Shown in pieces: positions 48,589-58,010 of a DNA stretch of 64,000 nucleotides (its first letter is position 1; every line of letters begins with the position of its first letter). The notes beneath the pieces are model-generated. The model was not told the DNA's origin, made no database searches, and saw nothing but the letters and a program-made list of their open reading frames with translations. Location of the stretch: NCBI GenBank assembly GCA_964590005.1, contig CAZPVJ010000013.1, positions 17,363-81,362 on the forward strand. The letters are read 5' to 3'. Source of the DNA: an uncultured Alteromonadaceae bacterium (GTDB taxonomy: Bacteria > Pseudomonadota > Gammaproteobacteria > Pseudomonadales > Halieaceae). Made by a program: the position numbers and the translations under genes.

Positions 48589-50448
48589 TCAGCGCAGTTT
48601 CATGTCCTCGTAAGGCGACTCGAGAGCAAGTGATATTCGCTCCCCGCCCACAACGAGTTCCTGTTCATCGACTTGCACGTCACCGTCATCCAGCACACCG
48701 TGGTCAAAGCGATAAACAGGTTCGCGGGTGCCGGCGATCATCTCATCGTCGTAGGCGAGTTGCCGTTCCTGGACGGTTTCGTTGGCCCGCTCCCAGGCCT
48801 GCCACTCCCGCGAGCTGTAACGAGCCTGAAGCATACGGCGGCTGACCTCGGGACTCAACAGCGTCGCCGAGGCATTGTTGCCACCAAAGCCCTTGGAATT
48901 GACGATGGCGTAGGCCTGTTCCGCAGGATCTATCTCGCGGTGTTTTGAGCTAAACGCAAGATTGTCCTGTCGCACGTCTGCTGCCAGGTCGTCGATGGTG
49001 GCGATACCCGGGATGATTCCTTTGGCCCAGGCCCCCAGCGTGGCGTTGACCTGATCCCCCGAGGCAGAGCCCAGGGAATGACCCAGGTAGCATTTGAGAG
49101 CGGCGACCGGCCAGTTGTCGATACCGAAGGCACGTGCAGTCTGACTAAGAATTTCCGACTCGGTAACCCGGTTCTGGGGGGTACCGGTCCCGTGTGCCTG
49201 CACCAGCCCACCGCTTCGCAGCCGCTTCTCACCCACCACTGCCCGGGCGGCGGCCACAGCCTTGGCCATGGTGATGTAGTTGCCCACGCCTGGCCCCGAA
49301 ATAGACTTCTTGAAGCCGTCCGCATTAACAAAGACATCGGTGGCCGCACCGTAGATCGTCGCGCCCAGTTGCATCGCCAATTCATCGTCAAACAACACGG
49401 TCATTTGCGCCGATTCCGCGATGGTGAATCCGCAATTTTCTGCGAAGGGCCGACACGCCCGCCGGTGGTCCGGCGTTTGGTCCTCAGACAGACCGTCGAT
49501 CTGGCGCAGGCCCTTATCGGTAGCCAACGCACCCATCGCTGCATAACCCTCCATAATCTCGGGGTTAATCGGCGCTTCGGCGGAGCCAACGAAAGCCACC
49601 CGGGCACGCCCGCTGCGAATATCTTCGATCCCGTGGCGCAGGTTGTACAGGTAGGAGGCGCAGGCGCCGAGGCTGGCGCCAGTCGCTCCCATGGTACCCA
49701 GCACGTAGGCATTGATGAAGTCCGCCGGCATCTCCGCCAGGCCCAGCGGGCAAAACTTGGAGGTCACTCGCTGGCCGTTGTAACGGGCCTTCAGCATGCC
49801 TCCGGCACCGGCACCATCCAACTGTCCCATTGCACTGCCGGCATAGACGCTGACCTGGTCGGCACCAATATGTTGACTGATCGTCTCCCAATCGATACCC
49901 AGCCCGCCCAGCGCATCCGATGCCGCATAAACTGTCATCTGCAGGCCGCGAGGATGATTGCGAGATGGGTACAAAGTGCCGGGTTCAAAGCCGGTGGGTA
50001 GCTGCCCCGCGGCCTTGACTTCAAATTCCCGGTGGGTGGGCAAGAGGAAATCCTGCTGACCGACGATTTGCACATTGACGTGGGTGACCGAAGTGGGCGT
50101 AACCACCCAGTCCGGCGGAATAACTTCCGGCAGGTTCTGCCGCTTGACGTCAAAGTTGACCGGATGGCCGTTGCTCTGGGTAGGAAACCGCCGGTTCCAG
50201 GCCACCGAATCTACGTCGAAGTGCTGTTGCTCCACCCGCCGGATCAGCGTGTGGTCGAGAATGTATTGCTCCTGTCCCTCGGCGGATTCCAGCTGCATCA
50301 GGCTGGCCAGCGCGGCCAGGGTCCTGTTGCGTTGCTCCGTCGCCAGCGCATCGTGGACGAGGCGATTGAACGCGTGCTGCCCGGACGCCCTGCCGGCACC
50401 GTTGATGCCACCCAGCCCTACAATGACCGGTAAGCGCTGTCTCGCCAT
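48589..50448 (-). CDS. fabY: Long (about 620 aa) KAS I/II-type beta-ketoacyl synthase, FabY-like
   Basis: The core ketosynthase has Cys (LGACASYLYN), His (AHGTGTPQNRVTE) and His (LGHSLGSASG), plus NSKGFGGNNAS. It carries an N-terminal extension of about 190 aa and a C-terminal tail. This architecture matches what I recall for P. aeruginosa FabY (PA5174). I prefer the ATG at 50448 (MARQRLPVIVG). Confidence 0.7.
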   Translation of the reverse strand: MARQRLPVIVGLGGINGAGRASGQHAFNRLVHDALATEQRNRTLAALASLMQLESAEGQEQYILDHTLIRRVEQQHFDVDSVAWNRRFPTQSNGHPVNFDVKRQNLPEVIPPDWVVTPTSVTHVNVQIVGQQDFLLPTHREFEVKAAGQLPTGFEPGTLYPSRNHPRGLQMTVYAASDALGGLGIDWETISQHIGADQVSVYAGSAMGQLDGAGAGGMLKARYNGQRVTSKFCPLGLAEMPADFINAYVLGTMGATGASLGACASYLYNLRHGIEDIRSGRARVAFVGSAEAPINPEIMEGYAAMGALATDKGLRQIDGLSEDQTPDHRRACRPFAENCGFTIAESAQMTVLFDDELAMQLGATIYGAATDVFVNADGFKKSISGPGVGNYITMAKAVAAARAVVGEKRLRSGGLVQAHGTGTPQNRVTESEILSQTARAFGIDNWPVAALKCYLGHSLGSASGDQVNATLGAWAKGIIPGIATIDDLAADVRQDNLAFSSKHREIDPAEQAYAIVNSKGFGGNNASATLLSPEVSRRMLQARYSSREWQAWERANETVQERQLAYDDEMIAGTREPVYRFDHGVLDDGDVQVDEQELVVGGERISLALESPYEDMKLR

Positions 50449-50567
50449 CCTGCCCCACCCCAAATTGTCGTGTGCGTAACACCAGTCTAAGTATTAACCG
50501 ATCCTATGGATATGTTATTTACGTCATAAATTATGGTATTTTGGACATACAACTGAATGGTGTCCTC

Positions 50568-51572
50568 ATGTTTACCGCCGCCGCCCTGCTCTACCCAGAC
50601 GCCCTGGCAACCAGTATCACCCTGCCCATGGAGATTCTGCAGGCCGCGAGCCAGATGGCGAGCCTGCGCTCCCGCGGTAAACCCCAGGTCCGGTTCATCC
50701 TCGCCGCGCCGGAGCGCAAGCAATTGCAGCTCGGCTCAGGGATCACCCTCAAACCGGATGCAACGATTGAGCAGCTCCCACCCCTGGACCTTTTGCTACT
50801 CCCGGCGATCTGGCGAAGCCCGCTGCCAACGCTGGGGGCCGCTACTGACTGGTTGCCGGCAATATCGGCAGCGGCCGAGGCAGGCACCCGTATTTGTACC
50901 GTGGGAACTGCCAGTTACCTGTTGGCGGAGACCGGACTGCTGGACGGGAAACCGGCTACCACTCACTGGCACTACTTTGATCGCTTTGCCCGACGCTACC
51001 CCCGGGTGCAACTGAAAACCCGGCATCTAATCACCCAGAGCGATAACTTCTACTGCGTGGGCAGTGTTAACTCCATCGCTGACCTCATGATTCACCTGGT
51101 GGAGGAATGGTTTGGCAGCCGAATTGCCAGGGCCGTCGAGAACCAGTTTTCCCCGGAGATTCGACGGTCATTCGCCGAGGCGGCCTACCAGGACGAGCCG
51201 CTGACCTCCCACCATGACGAGATCGTGCTGGAGGCCCAGGAGTGGCTGCAGGAACACCTGGCCTCGCCGATCACCATGCAGACCCTGGCAGAACACCTGG
51301 AGCTGAGCACACGTACCCTCAATCGTCGGTTTCGCCTGGCGACCGGAATGAGTCCTGGCCAGTACCTGGGAACACTGCGCATGTCACTGGCCAGGGACCT
51401 GTTGCGCCACAGCAACCTGCCGGTGTCCGAGATCGCCTGGAAGACCGGTTTACAGGATGTCAGTTATTTTGGACAACTTTTCCGGCGCCATGCCGGTGTC
51501 ACACCATTGGCTTACAGGGAGGCCGTAAGAGGCAAGCTGTTTGCCCCTGATGACAAGTCGGCCGACTTGTGA
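50568..51572 (+). CDS. GlxA-family transcriptional regulator (DJ-1/PfpI-like domain plus AraC HTH)
   Basis: An N-terminal DJ-1-like region (ICTVGTASYLLAETGLLDGKPATTHW) and a C-terminal LAEHLELSTRTLNRRF...GLQDVSYFGQLFRRHAGVTPLAYR. Confidence 0.85.
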   Translation: MFTAAALLYPDALATSITLPMEILQAASQMASLRSRGKPQVRFILAAPERKQLQLGSGITLKPDATIEQLPPLDLLLLPAIWRSPLPTLGAATDWLPAISAAAEAGTRICTVGTASYLLAETGLLDGKPATTHWHYFDRFARRYPRVQLKTRHLITQSDNFYCVGSVNSIADLMIHLVEEWFGSRIARAVENQFSPEIRRSFAEAAYQDEPLTSHHDEIVLEAQEWLQEHLASPITMQTLAEHLELSTRTLNRRFRLATGMSPGQYLGTLRMSLARDLLRHSNLPVSEIAWKTGLQDVSYFGQLFRRHAGVTPLAYREAVRGKLFAPDDKSADL

Positions 51573-51676
51573 ATAAGACCTGTCTATGGCTAAATTAGCG
51601 CCCTTTTTCAGGCCCCGCTGGCGATTAGCCTGGCCGTACCACGTGACCCATCAACCGCATTTAATGGACCAACACA

Positions 51677-52858
51677 ATGAGCAATGAATCCGTAGTCATC
51701 GTCAACGGCGCACGCACTCCCATGGGCGGATTGCTGGGCAACCTGTCTTCCGTACCAGCAACCGAATTGGCCGTTACAGCCATTAGCGCAGCCGTGGAGC
51801 GCAGCGGCGTGGACGGAGCGGATATCGACGAGGTCTTCATGGGTTGTGTATTGCCCGCAGGCTTAAAGCAATGCCCTGCGAGGCAGGCTGCCATCGGCGC
51901 GGGCATCCCTAAATCCACCGGCGCGGTGACTGTTAACAAGGCTTGCGGCAGCGGTATGCAGGCGACCATTTTCGGTTACGACAGTATCGTAGCGGGCACC
52001 AATAAGGTCGTGCTCACCGGAGGCCTGGAGAGCATGAGCAATGCGCCGCACATGGTCGTAGGCGCACGCGGCGGTGTTCGCACCGGCAACGGCACACTGC
52101 ATGACCACATGTTCCTGGACGGCCTCGAGGATGCTTACACCGGGCGGGCGATGGGTACTTTCGCCCAGGAAACCGCGGATTCGCGGGGAATCACCCGCGA
52201 GCAAATGGATGCGTTCGCCATCGAATCGCTGAGCCGGGCCAAACGCGCCATTGACGATGGTGCCCTGGACGCAGAAATTGCCCCGGTGACCGTCAGCTCC
52301 CGCAAAGGTGATACCGTCGTCAAGGACGACGAGCAACCCCACAAAGCCGCAGTCGACAAAATCCCCAACCTGCGACCCGCCTTCGCCAAGGAGGGTACCA
52401 TCACAGCCGCGAATTCAAGCTCTATTTCCGACGGAGCCAGCGCCCTGCTGCTGATGAGCGGCAGCGAGGCAGAGCGGCGCGGTCTCACCCCCATGGCGAG
52501 AATTGTCGGTCACGCCCGGCACAGCCAGGCGCCGGAAGAATTCACCATCGCGCCCGTTGGTGCCGTGCAAAAATTGTATGCCAAGACCGGCTGGACAACG
52601 GATGATGTCGACCTGTTCGAGATCAACGAGGCGTTCGCGATGGTGACCATGATGGCGATAGAGGATCTCGGTCTGGACCACGCCAAAGTAAACGTCCACG
52701 GAGGTGCCTGCGCGCAGGGCCACCCCATCGGCTCCACCGGTTCCCGGATCATCGTCAGCCTGATGTATGCACTGCAGCAGCAGGGCAAGCGCCGCGGCGT
52801 TGCCGCGCTGTGTATCGGCGGAGGCGAGGCCACCGCCGTCGCCATTGAAATGCTCTAG
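51677..52858 (+). CDS. Acetyl-CoA C-acetyltransferase (thiolase II)
   Basis: 393 aa. VNKACGSGMQA, NVHGGACAQGHPIGSTG, LCIGGGEA. Confidence 0.92.
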   Translation: MSNESVVIVNGARTPMGGLLGNLSSVPATELAVTAISAAVERSGVDGADIDEVFMGCVLPAGLKQCPARQAAIGAGIPKSTGAVTVNKACGSGMQATIFGYDSIVAGTNKVVLTGGLESMSNAPHMVVGARGGVRTGNGTLHDHMFLDGLEDAYTGRAMGTFAQETADSRGITREQMDAFAIESLSRAKRAIDDGALDAEIAPVTVSSRKGDTVVKDDEQPHKAAVDKIPNLRPAFAKEGTITAANSSSISDGASALLLMSGSEAERRGLTPMARIVGHARHSQAPEEFTIAPVGAVQKLYAKTGWTTDDVDLFEINEAFAMVTMMAIEDLGLDHAKVNVHGGACAQGHPIGSTGSRIIVSLMYALQQQGKRRGVAALCIGGGEATAVAIEML

Positions 52859-52879
52859 CCACTTACGAAGGCAAGCCCC

Positions 52880-53995
52880 ATGTCCCTCAGTACAGTTCCA
52901 GACCTGCTCGACGATATTCGCGACGGGAAAATGGTCATCCTCATGGATGACGAGGACCGCGAAAATGAGGGCGACCTGATTATCGCCGCAGAAGCCGTCA
53001 CTCCAGAGGTGATCACTTTTTTTGCAGCCGAGGCCTGCGGGTTGATTTGCATGCCCATTACCGAGGATCGGGCACGGCAGTTGCAATTGCCCCTGATGGT
53101 GAGAGACAACCGCTCCCAGCATGAAACCAACTTCACAGTTTCAATCGACGCGGCCGACCGCAAGGGGCCCGGGATCAGTTCTACCCAGCGGGCGCATACA
53201 GTTCTAGAGGCAATCAAGCCCGATGCCAGCGGTGCAGACATCATTCAACCTGGACACATTTTTCCCCTGGTTGCCAAACCGGGCGGCGTGCTGCGCAGGG
53301 CGGGACATACCGAAGCAGGTGTTGACCTGGCCCGTATGGCCGGCTTTGCACCCGCGGCATTGATCGTTGAAATCATGAATGAAGACGGCACCATGGCGCG
53401 CCGGCCACAGCTGGAAACATTCGCCGACAAACACGGCCTGAAAATGGGCACCATCGCTGACCTGATCGAGTACCGGGCATTGCACGAGCAGTCAGTAGAG
53501 TTGAAAGACAGCAAAACCGTCACCACGGAATGGGGTGATTTTAAGCTACATACCTTCCTTGACCAGATAGATCACACCCTGCATTTCGCGCTGGTAAAAG
53601 GGGATGTGCAGGAAGACCTGGATACCCTGGTGAGAGTGCAGGGTGTCAATACACTTCGCGATGTGCTCGGCACCCAGATCGCCAGCGCTTCACCGGGCTG
53701 GTCCTACCGGCGGGCCATGGCGCATATCGCCGAGGCCGGTTGCGGTGTCGTGGTATTGATAGGACGTAACCCCTCGGTGGAAGAGAGCCTGGCGGAAGTA
53801 CAGCAATTCCCCAAAACACCCCAGCTTACCGGCAGCGGTCCTGGCGATGCCTCGCCCAATTACCGCTGGATAGGTACCGGGTCGCAAATTCTGCGGCGAT
53901 TGGGTGTTGGTAAAATGAAACTGCTGTCGGCGCCCGTTAGATTCAATGCACTGTCGGGTTTCAGCCTGGAAGTCACTGACTTCGTACAGCCCTGA
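52880..53995 (+). CDS. ribB: 3,4-dihydroxy-2-butanone-4-phosphate synthase with a degenerate GTP-cyclohydrolase-II-like C-terminal domain (RibBX type)
   Basis: The RibB core reads MVILMDDEDRENEGDLIIAAE...RAGHTEAGVDLARMAG. In the C-terminal domain LVRVQGVNTLRDVLG replaces the Cys-containing RVHSEC...CDC zinc motif. Confidence 0.85.
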   Translation: MSLSTVPDLLDDIRDGKMVILMDDEDRENEGDLIIAAEAVTPEVITFFAAEACGLICMPITEDRARQLQLPLMVRDNRSQHETNFTVSIDAADRKGPGISSTQRAHTVLEAIKPDASGADIIQPGHIFPLVAKPGGVLRRAGHTEAGVDLARMAGFAPAALIVEIMNEDGTMARRPQLETFADKHGLKMGTIADLIEYRALHEQSVELKDSKTVTTEWGDFKLHTFLDQIDHTLHFALVKGDVQEDLDTLVRVQGVNTLRDVLGTQIASASPGWSYRRAMAHIAEAGCGVVVLIGRNPSVEESLAEVQQFPKTPQLTGSGPGDASPNYRWIGTGSQILRRLGVGKMKLLSAPVRFNALSGFSLEVTDFVQP

Positions 53996-54010
53996 GCGCG
54001 GAAGCGACGC

Positions 54011-54772
54011 TCAGCCGCGCTTGAAGTTGGGCGGGCGCTTCTCCATGAAGGCCGTCACGGCCTCGATATTGTCTTCCGACATGGCCTGTCTCGCCATTGC
54101 AGCTTGCTCCGCCTTGAACGCAGCATCGATGGCTGCGGTATGGTGCATACGCAGGCAGCGCTTTATCTCCCGCAAGGAACTGACCGGCCACTGGGCGATC
54201 TCCCTGGCCTTGTTCATGGCGTGTTCATACAGGTTGGCATCTGGGAGAACGTCGGCGACGATGCCGACTGTATGGGCCTTGTCGGCGTCAACCCACTCGG
54301 CGGTGTAGAACAGCTCCGCGGCGCGTTGGGCACCGATATTGGCCTGTAGCATATAGCTGCTGGCCCACTCTGGCGCCAGCGCAAGGCTGGCGAACGGCAG
54401 ACGCAGACGCAAGCTCTCCCCTGCGTATACCACATCACAATGGAACAACACGGTTGCCCCACCACCTACCGCTACGCCATGGGCGGCGGCAACGATGGGT
54501 TTGTCGAAGTCGGCTACCGCCCGGGCCGCGGCCTCAAAAGGGTGTTCTTCCTCTCCATCGCCACCGAAACTGGCCAGGTCCACGCCCGCACAGAAGTTAT
54601 CACCAGCACCGTGCAACAAAATGCATACTACCGAGTCATCAGTCGCTGCTTCGGTAAACAGGTCCCGAATGGACGCCCACATCTCGTTATCAATGGCGTT
54701 CTTCTTTTCCGGTCGATTAAAGGTTACGACCAGCACACCGTCGTCGTTACGGCTGGTTATTTTAGCGGCCAT
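54011..54772 (-). CDS. Enoyl-CoA hydratase/isomerase family protein
   Basis: FNRPEKKNA, ILLHGAGDNFCAGVDL, PIVAAAHGVAVGGG. Confidence 0.9.
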   Translation of the reverse strand: MAAKITSRNDDGVLVVTFNRPEKKNAIDNEMWASIRDLFTEAATDDSVVCILLHGAGDNFCAGVDLASFGGDGEEEHPFEAAARAVADFDKPIVAAAHGVAVGGGATVLFHCDVVYAGESLRLRLPFASLALAPEWASSYMLQANIGAQRAAELFYTAEWVDADKAHTVGIVADVLPDANLYEHAMNKAREIAQWPVSSLREIKRCLRMHHTAAIDAAFKAEQAAMARQAMSEDNIEAVTAFMEKRPPNFKRG

Positions 54773-54786
54773 CGGTCTCTATCCGT

Positions 54787-55461
54787 TTACTCGTGAAAAG
54801 TGACGATATCGGCCAGGCTGGCACGGTCCGTCGCACAGGCATTGGCAGCGGCATCGGGATCGGGGTGGCCAAAGGAGATGCCGAACACCAGCTTGTTACT
54901 GGCATCGATGGACAGCTGTTCGCGCAGATAATCGGCGTGGAAACTCAGCGCCGTCTGCGGGCAACTACCCAGCCCATGGGCGGTGAGCCCCAGCATAATA
55001 GTCTGGGCAAACAGCCCCAGGTCCGCCGCTTCCCTCAACCCAAAAGGCTCAGGCAGGAACAGCAGTGCCAGGTGTGGCGCATCAAAGAATGTGAAATTGC
55101 GCATAAAGGCCTGCTGGCGGAGGTCCTTCTGCTCCCGCGCGATTCCCAGCGCATCGTACAGCGCCTGTGCAGAGGCGTACTGACGCTCCTGGTAAACGCC
55201 CTCGTATTTGCCATCGTAAGGAAAGTCCAGGCTGAGTTCGCCGGCCATGAATCGCTGTGGCAGTGATTCTCTCAGAGCATCCAGCTTTGCCCCGGAAACC
55301 ACGTGTACCAGCCAGGGTTGGGAATTACAGTTACTGGGCGCGCGCAACGCCGTGCCAAAAACCTCGTCCAGCACATCCTGGGATACGGGCGTGGGCAGGA
55401 AGGCTCGCAGGGAACGTCGTTGCATGACAATGTCATTAAACACGGCGGCAGAGTCGGTCAT
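54787..55461 (-). CDS. Nitroreductase family protein
   Basis: MQRRSLRAF and APSNCNSQPW motifs; 224 aa. Confidence 0.8.
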   Translation of the reverse strand: MTDSAAVFNDIVMQRRSLRAFLPTPVSQDVLDEVFGTALRAPSNCNSQPWLVHVVSGAKLDALRESLPQRFMAGELSLDFPYDGKYEGVYQERQYASAQALYDALGIAREQKDLRQQAFMRNFTFFDAPHLALLFLPEPFGLREAADLGLFAQTIMLGLTAHGLGSCPQTALSFHADYLREQLSIDASNKLVFGISFGHPDPDAAANACATDRASLADIVTFHE

Positions 55462-55520
55462 TATTTGTTATCCATTGATGGGGAAGCGGTATTATGAGGC
55501 CTGCACCGATACGGCACCAG

Positions 55521-56339
55521 TCAACTGCCGGTGAAGTTAGCCGCGCGCTTTTCCTTGAAAGCCTTCATGCCCTCGCGGGCATCGGCAGATCCGAAAACGG
55601 GGCCCGCCAACTCATCGGAGGCGACCATCGCATCCTCCTCCGACAGGCATTCCTGGTGCTCACGCAGGGAGCGGGTTACCGCCTTGACCGCCAGGGGACC
55701 ATTGGCGCAGATCTTGGCCGCGAATTCACGCGCGACTTCGAGTGTCGTGCCCGCGGGGACGACACGGTTAATCAGGCCGAATTCCAGCGCTTGCTGGGCC
55801 GTAATATGGTCGCCACACAACAACATCTCAGCCGCCAGGCAATAGGGAATCTGGCGCCTCAGGCGGACCGTTGAACCGGACATGGGGTAGAGACCTCGAG
55901 CCACTTCGGTGACGCCGAATATGGCATTTTCAGCACCGACACGGATATCCGTGCCTTGCAATATCTCGGTGCCGCCCGCCAGGGCATACCCTTCTACCGC
56001 CAGAATAAGCGGCTTATTGGGTCGGTTGTCGCGCAGCAGGGCCTGCCAATGAATATTGGGGACCTCAGCCATCAACGCCATGAATTCTTCAGTGGAGCGG
56101 TGCTCGCCCTCGGCGCCGACCTTCAGATCCATACCCGCACAAAACGTATCGCCATTGGCGGTGAGTATCGCGCAGTAAAGGGAGTCGTCCTCGTCCAGGA
56201 GCCGCCAGGCCTTGTACATGCCCAACAGCATCTCCGGGCTGAAGGCATTCTTTGCCTCCGGTCGATTCAGGGTGACGGTGAGGACATGGCCATCCTGCTC
56301 GATGATGCAATTTTCCGTGCTGATCGCCAGTTCGGCCAT
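55521..56339 (-). CDS. Enoyl-CoA hydratase/isomerase (crotonase) family protein
   Basis: I prefer the ATG at 56339, preceded by AAGGAG (MAELAIS...). LNRPEAKNAF, AILTANGDTFCAGMDL, PLILAVEGYALAGG. Confidence 0.88.
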   Translation of the reverse strand: MAELAISTENCIIEQDGHVLTVTLNRPEAKNAFSPEMLLGMYKAWRLLDEDDSLYCAILTANGDTFCAGMDLKVGAEGEHRSTEEFMALMAEVPNIHWQALLRDNRPNKPLILAVEGYALAGGTEILQGTDIRVGAENAIFGVTEVARGLYPMSGSTVRLRRQIPYCLAAEMLLCGDHITAQQALEFGLINRVVPAGTTLEVAREFAAKICANGPLAVKAVTRSLREHQECLSEEDAMVASDELAGPVFGSADAREGMKAFKEKRAANFTGS

Positions 56340-56355
56340 CGTAAACTCCTTTCGA

Positions 56356-57990
56356 CTAGTTGACCCGGTGCTCGCCGGCAAGGGCGATTTCCAGGGCCTT
56401 CGGGTAGGCAGGTTTACCACTGGGGGCGCGCGGCACTTCCTGCACTACATGCAATTCGCGCGGCAGCTTATAGCCCGCGATGTGCTTTCGCGCCTCTTCC
56501 TGGATCGAATCAAGGCTGAGCCGGGCGTCACCACGGGGCGCTACCACAGCGGTAACACGACTGCCGAAGCGCTCATCCGGTGTTGCCACCACCAGGCAGT
56601 CAAATACCCCGGGGTGGGACTTCAGAGCCTGTTCAACCTCCTCCGGAAACACCTTCTCGCCGCCGCTGTTGATGCAGTTAGAGCCGCGGCCGTACACCGT
56701 GATACTTTCATCTTCCTCGAGGCGAGCCTCATCCCCGAGTAACAGCCATGACTGGCCGTCAACCTCGACAATGGTTTTTGCTGTCTTGACCGGGTCGTTG
56801 TAGTAACCCACCGGAATAAAACCACTGCGCGCGAAAATCCCCATTTCACCGGGTAGAACGTGTCGATGAGCCTCGCCTTCTACATCGCTTATGACCGACA
56901 TGAATTCACTTTTGACAACATTACCCAGTCCCTGCCCCTTTTTGCCGCCACCGTCCATGCCCATATTGCCGCTCTCGGAAGACCCGAAGGAATTGGTGAT
57001 GAATACATTGGGGAAATGGTGCCGAAAGGCTTCCTGCTTGCTCTCCGAAAACACCGCCCCACCGGAGCCAACACTGAACACCGAACTCAGGTCCCATCGG
57101 TCGGGGTTGGCATCAAGGGAATCAAGCAGGGGAACCGCCATGGCGTCACCGACGATTGTCACTGCATTGACCTTTTCTCGGGCAACGATATCCCAGACTT
57201 CCTCGCCCACCAGCGAGCGTGATGGGTTAAGGACCAGGGTGTTCCCCGCCAGGAGTTGAATGCAGGCATACCACCAACAGGCGCCGTGCATCAGCGGTGC
57301 CAGGGCCATGCCCACGATCGGGAAATCCCCAACGCGGTCGGCGATCTGCTCGGGCTCGGTGATGGCACCATCAGGGTGGAACCAGCCGCCGCCACCCATG
57401 GCCGCGAAGAACACATTCTTATGTGGCCACATCACACCCTTGGGCATGCCCGTAGTACCGCCTGTGTAGAGCACGAAGAGATCGTCATCTGAGCGTTCAC
57501 CAAAATCTCTCTCCGAGGATTGACCCCGCATCGTTGATTCGTACTCAGCGCCGTCGATGGCCGCAGGATCACTGTCACTGCCGTCCTCGACATAAATGTA
57601 GGTGTGCAGGTCCGGTGCCGAGTCGCGAATTTCGGCGATGTGCGGGATGAATTCCCGGTTGTGAATACAGGCAACCATATCCGCGTTGTCAAAAATATAA
57701 AGCAGCTCCTCCTCGACGTAGCGGTAATTCACATTGATAGGCACCGCGCGAATCTTGAAGCAGGCCATCATGCCCTCTAGATACTCGTTGCAGTTGTACA
57801 GGTACAGGCCCACGTGATCTCCGGCCTTCACCCCCTTCCCCGCCAGGTAATGCGCCAGACGATTGGCGCGCTGCTCTAACGCAGCGAAGCTGGCGCGTTG
57901 ATCGCCACAGACCAATGCATCACGTGATGGCACCTTATCCGCCACCATTTCAAACATGTCGGCAATATTGAAATGCTTTGCCATTGTCAC
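56356..57990 (-). CDS. AMP-dependent acyl-CoA synthetase
   Basis: LYTGGTTGMPKGVMW, FGSSE, LLGDEARLEEDESITVYGRGSNCINSGGEKV, PRAPSGKP. Confidence 0.9.
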   Translation of the reverse strand: MTMAKHFNIADMFEMVADKVPSRDALVCGDQRASFAALEQRANRLAHYLAGKGVKAGDHVGLYLYNCNEYLEGMMACFKIRAVPINVNYRYVEEELLYIFDNADMVACIHNREFIPHIAEIRDSAPDLHTYIYVEDGSDSDPAAIDGAEYESTMRGQSSERDFGERSDDDLFVLYTGGTTGMPKGVMWPHKNVFFAAMGGGGWFHPDGAITEPEQIADRVGDFPIVGMALAPLMHGACWWYACIQLLAGNTLVLNPSRSLVGEEVWDIVAREKVNAVTIVGDAMAVPLLDSLDANPDRWDLSSVFSVGSGGAVFSESKQEAFRHHFPNVFITNSFGSSESGNMGMDGGGKKGQGLGNVVKSEFMSVISDVEGEAHRHVLPGEMGIFARSGFIPVGYYNDPVKTAKTIVEVDGQSWLLLGDEARLEEDESITVYGRGSNCINSGGEKVFPEEVEQALKSHPGVFDCLVVATPDERFGSRVTAVVAPRGDARLSLDSIQEEARKHIAGYKLPRELHVVQEVPRAPSGKPAYPKALEIALAGEHRVN

Positions 57991-58010
57991 TTCCTCAGTA
58001 GAATCTTGAA

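Noticed and set aside
52859-52879. FMN (RFN) riboswitch upstream of ribB, and a long cold-box leader upstream of cspA (14143..14230)
   Set aside because: Only 21 nt separate ribB from the preceding thiolase gene, which is far too short for an RFN element. The csp leader is 88 nt and contains only one short hairpin (CTTCCCG...CGGGAAG), which could equally be a weak valS terminator. I could not support a specific RNA element.
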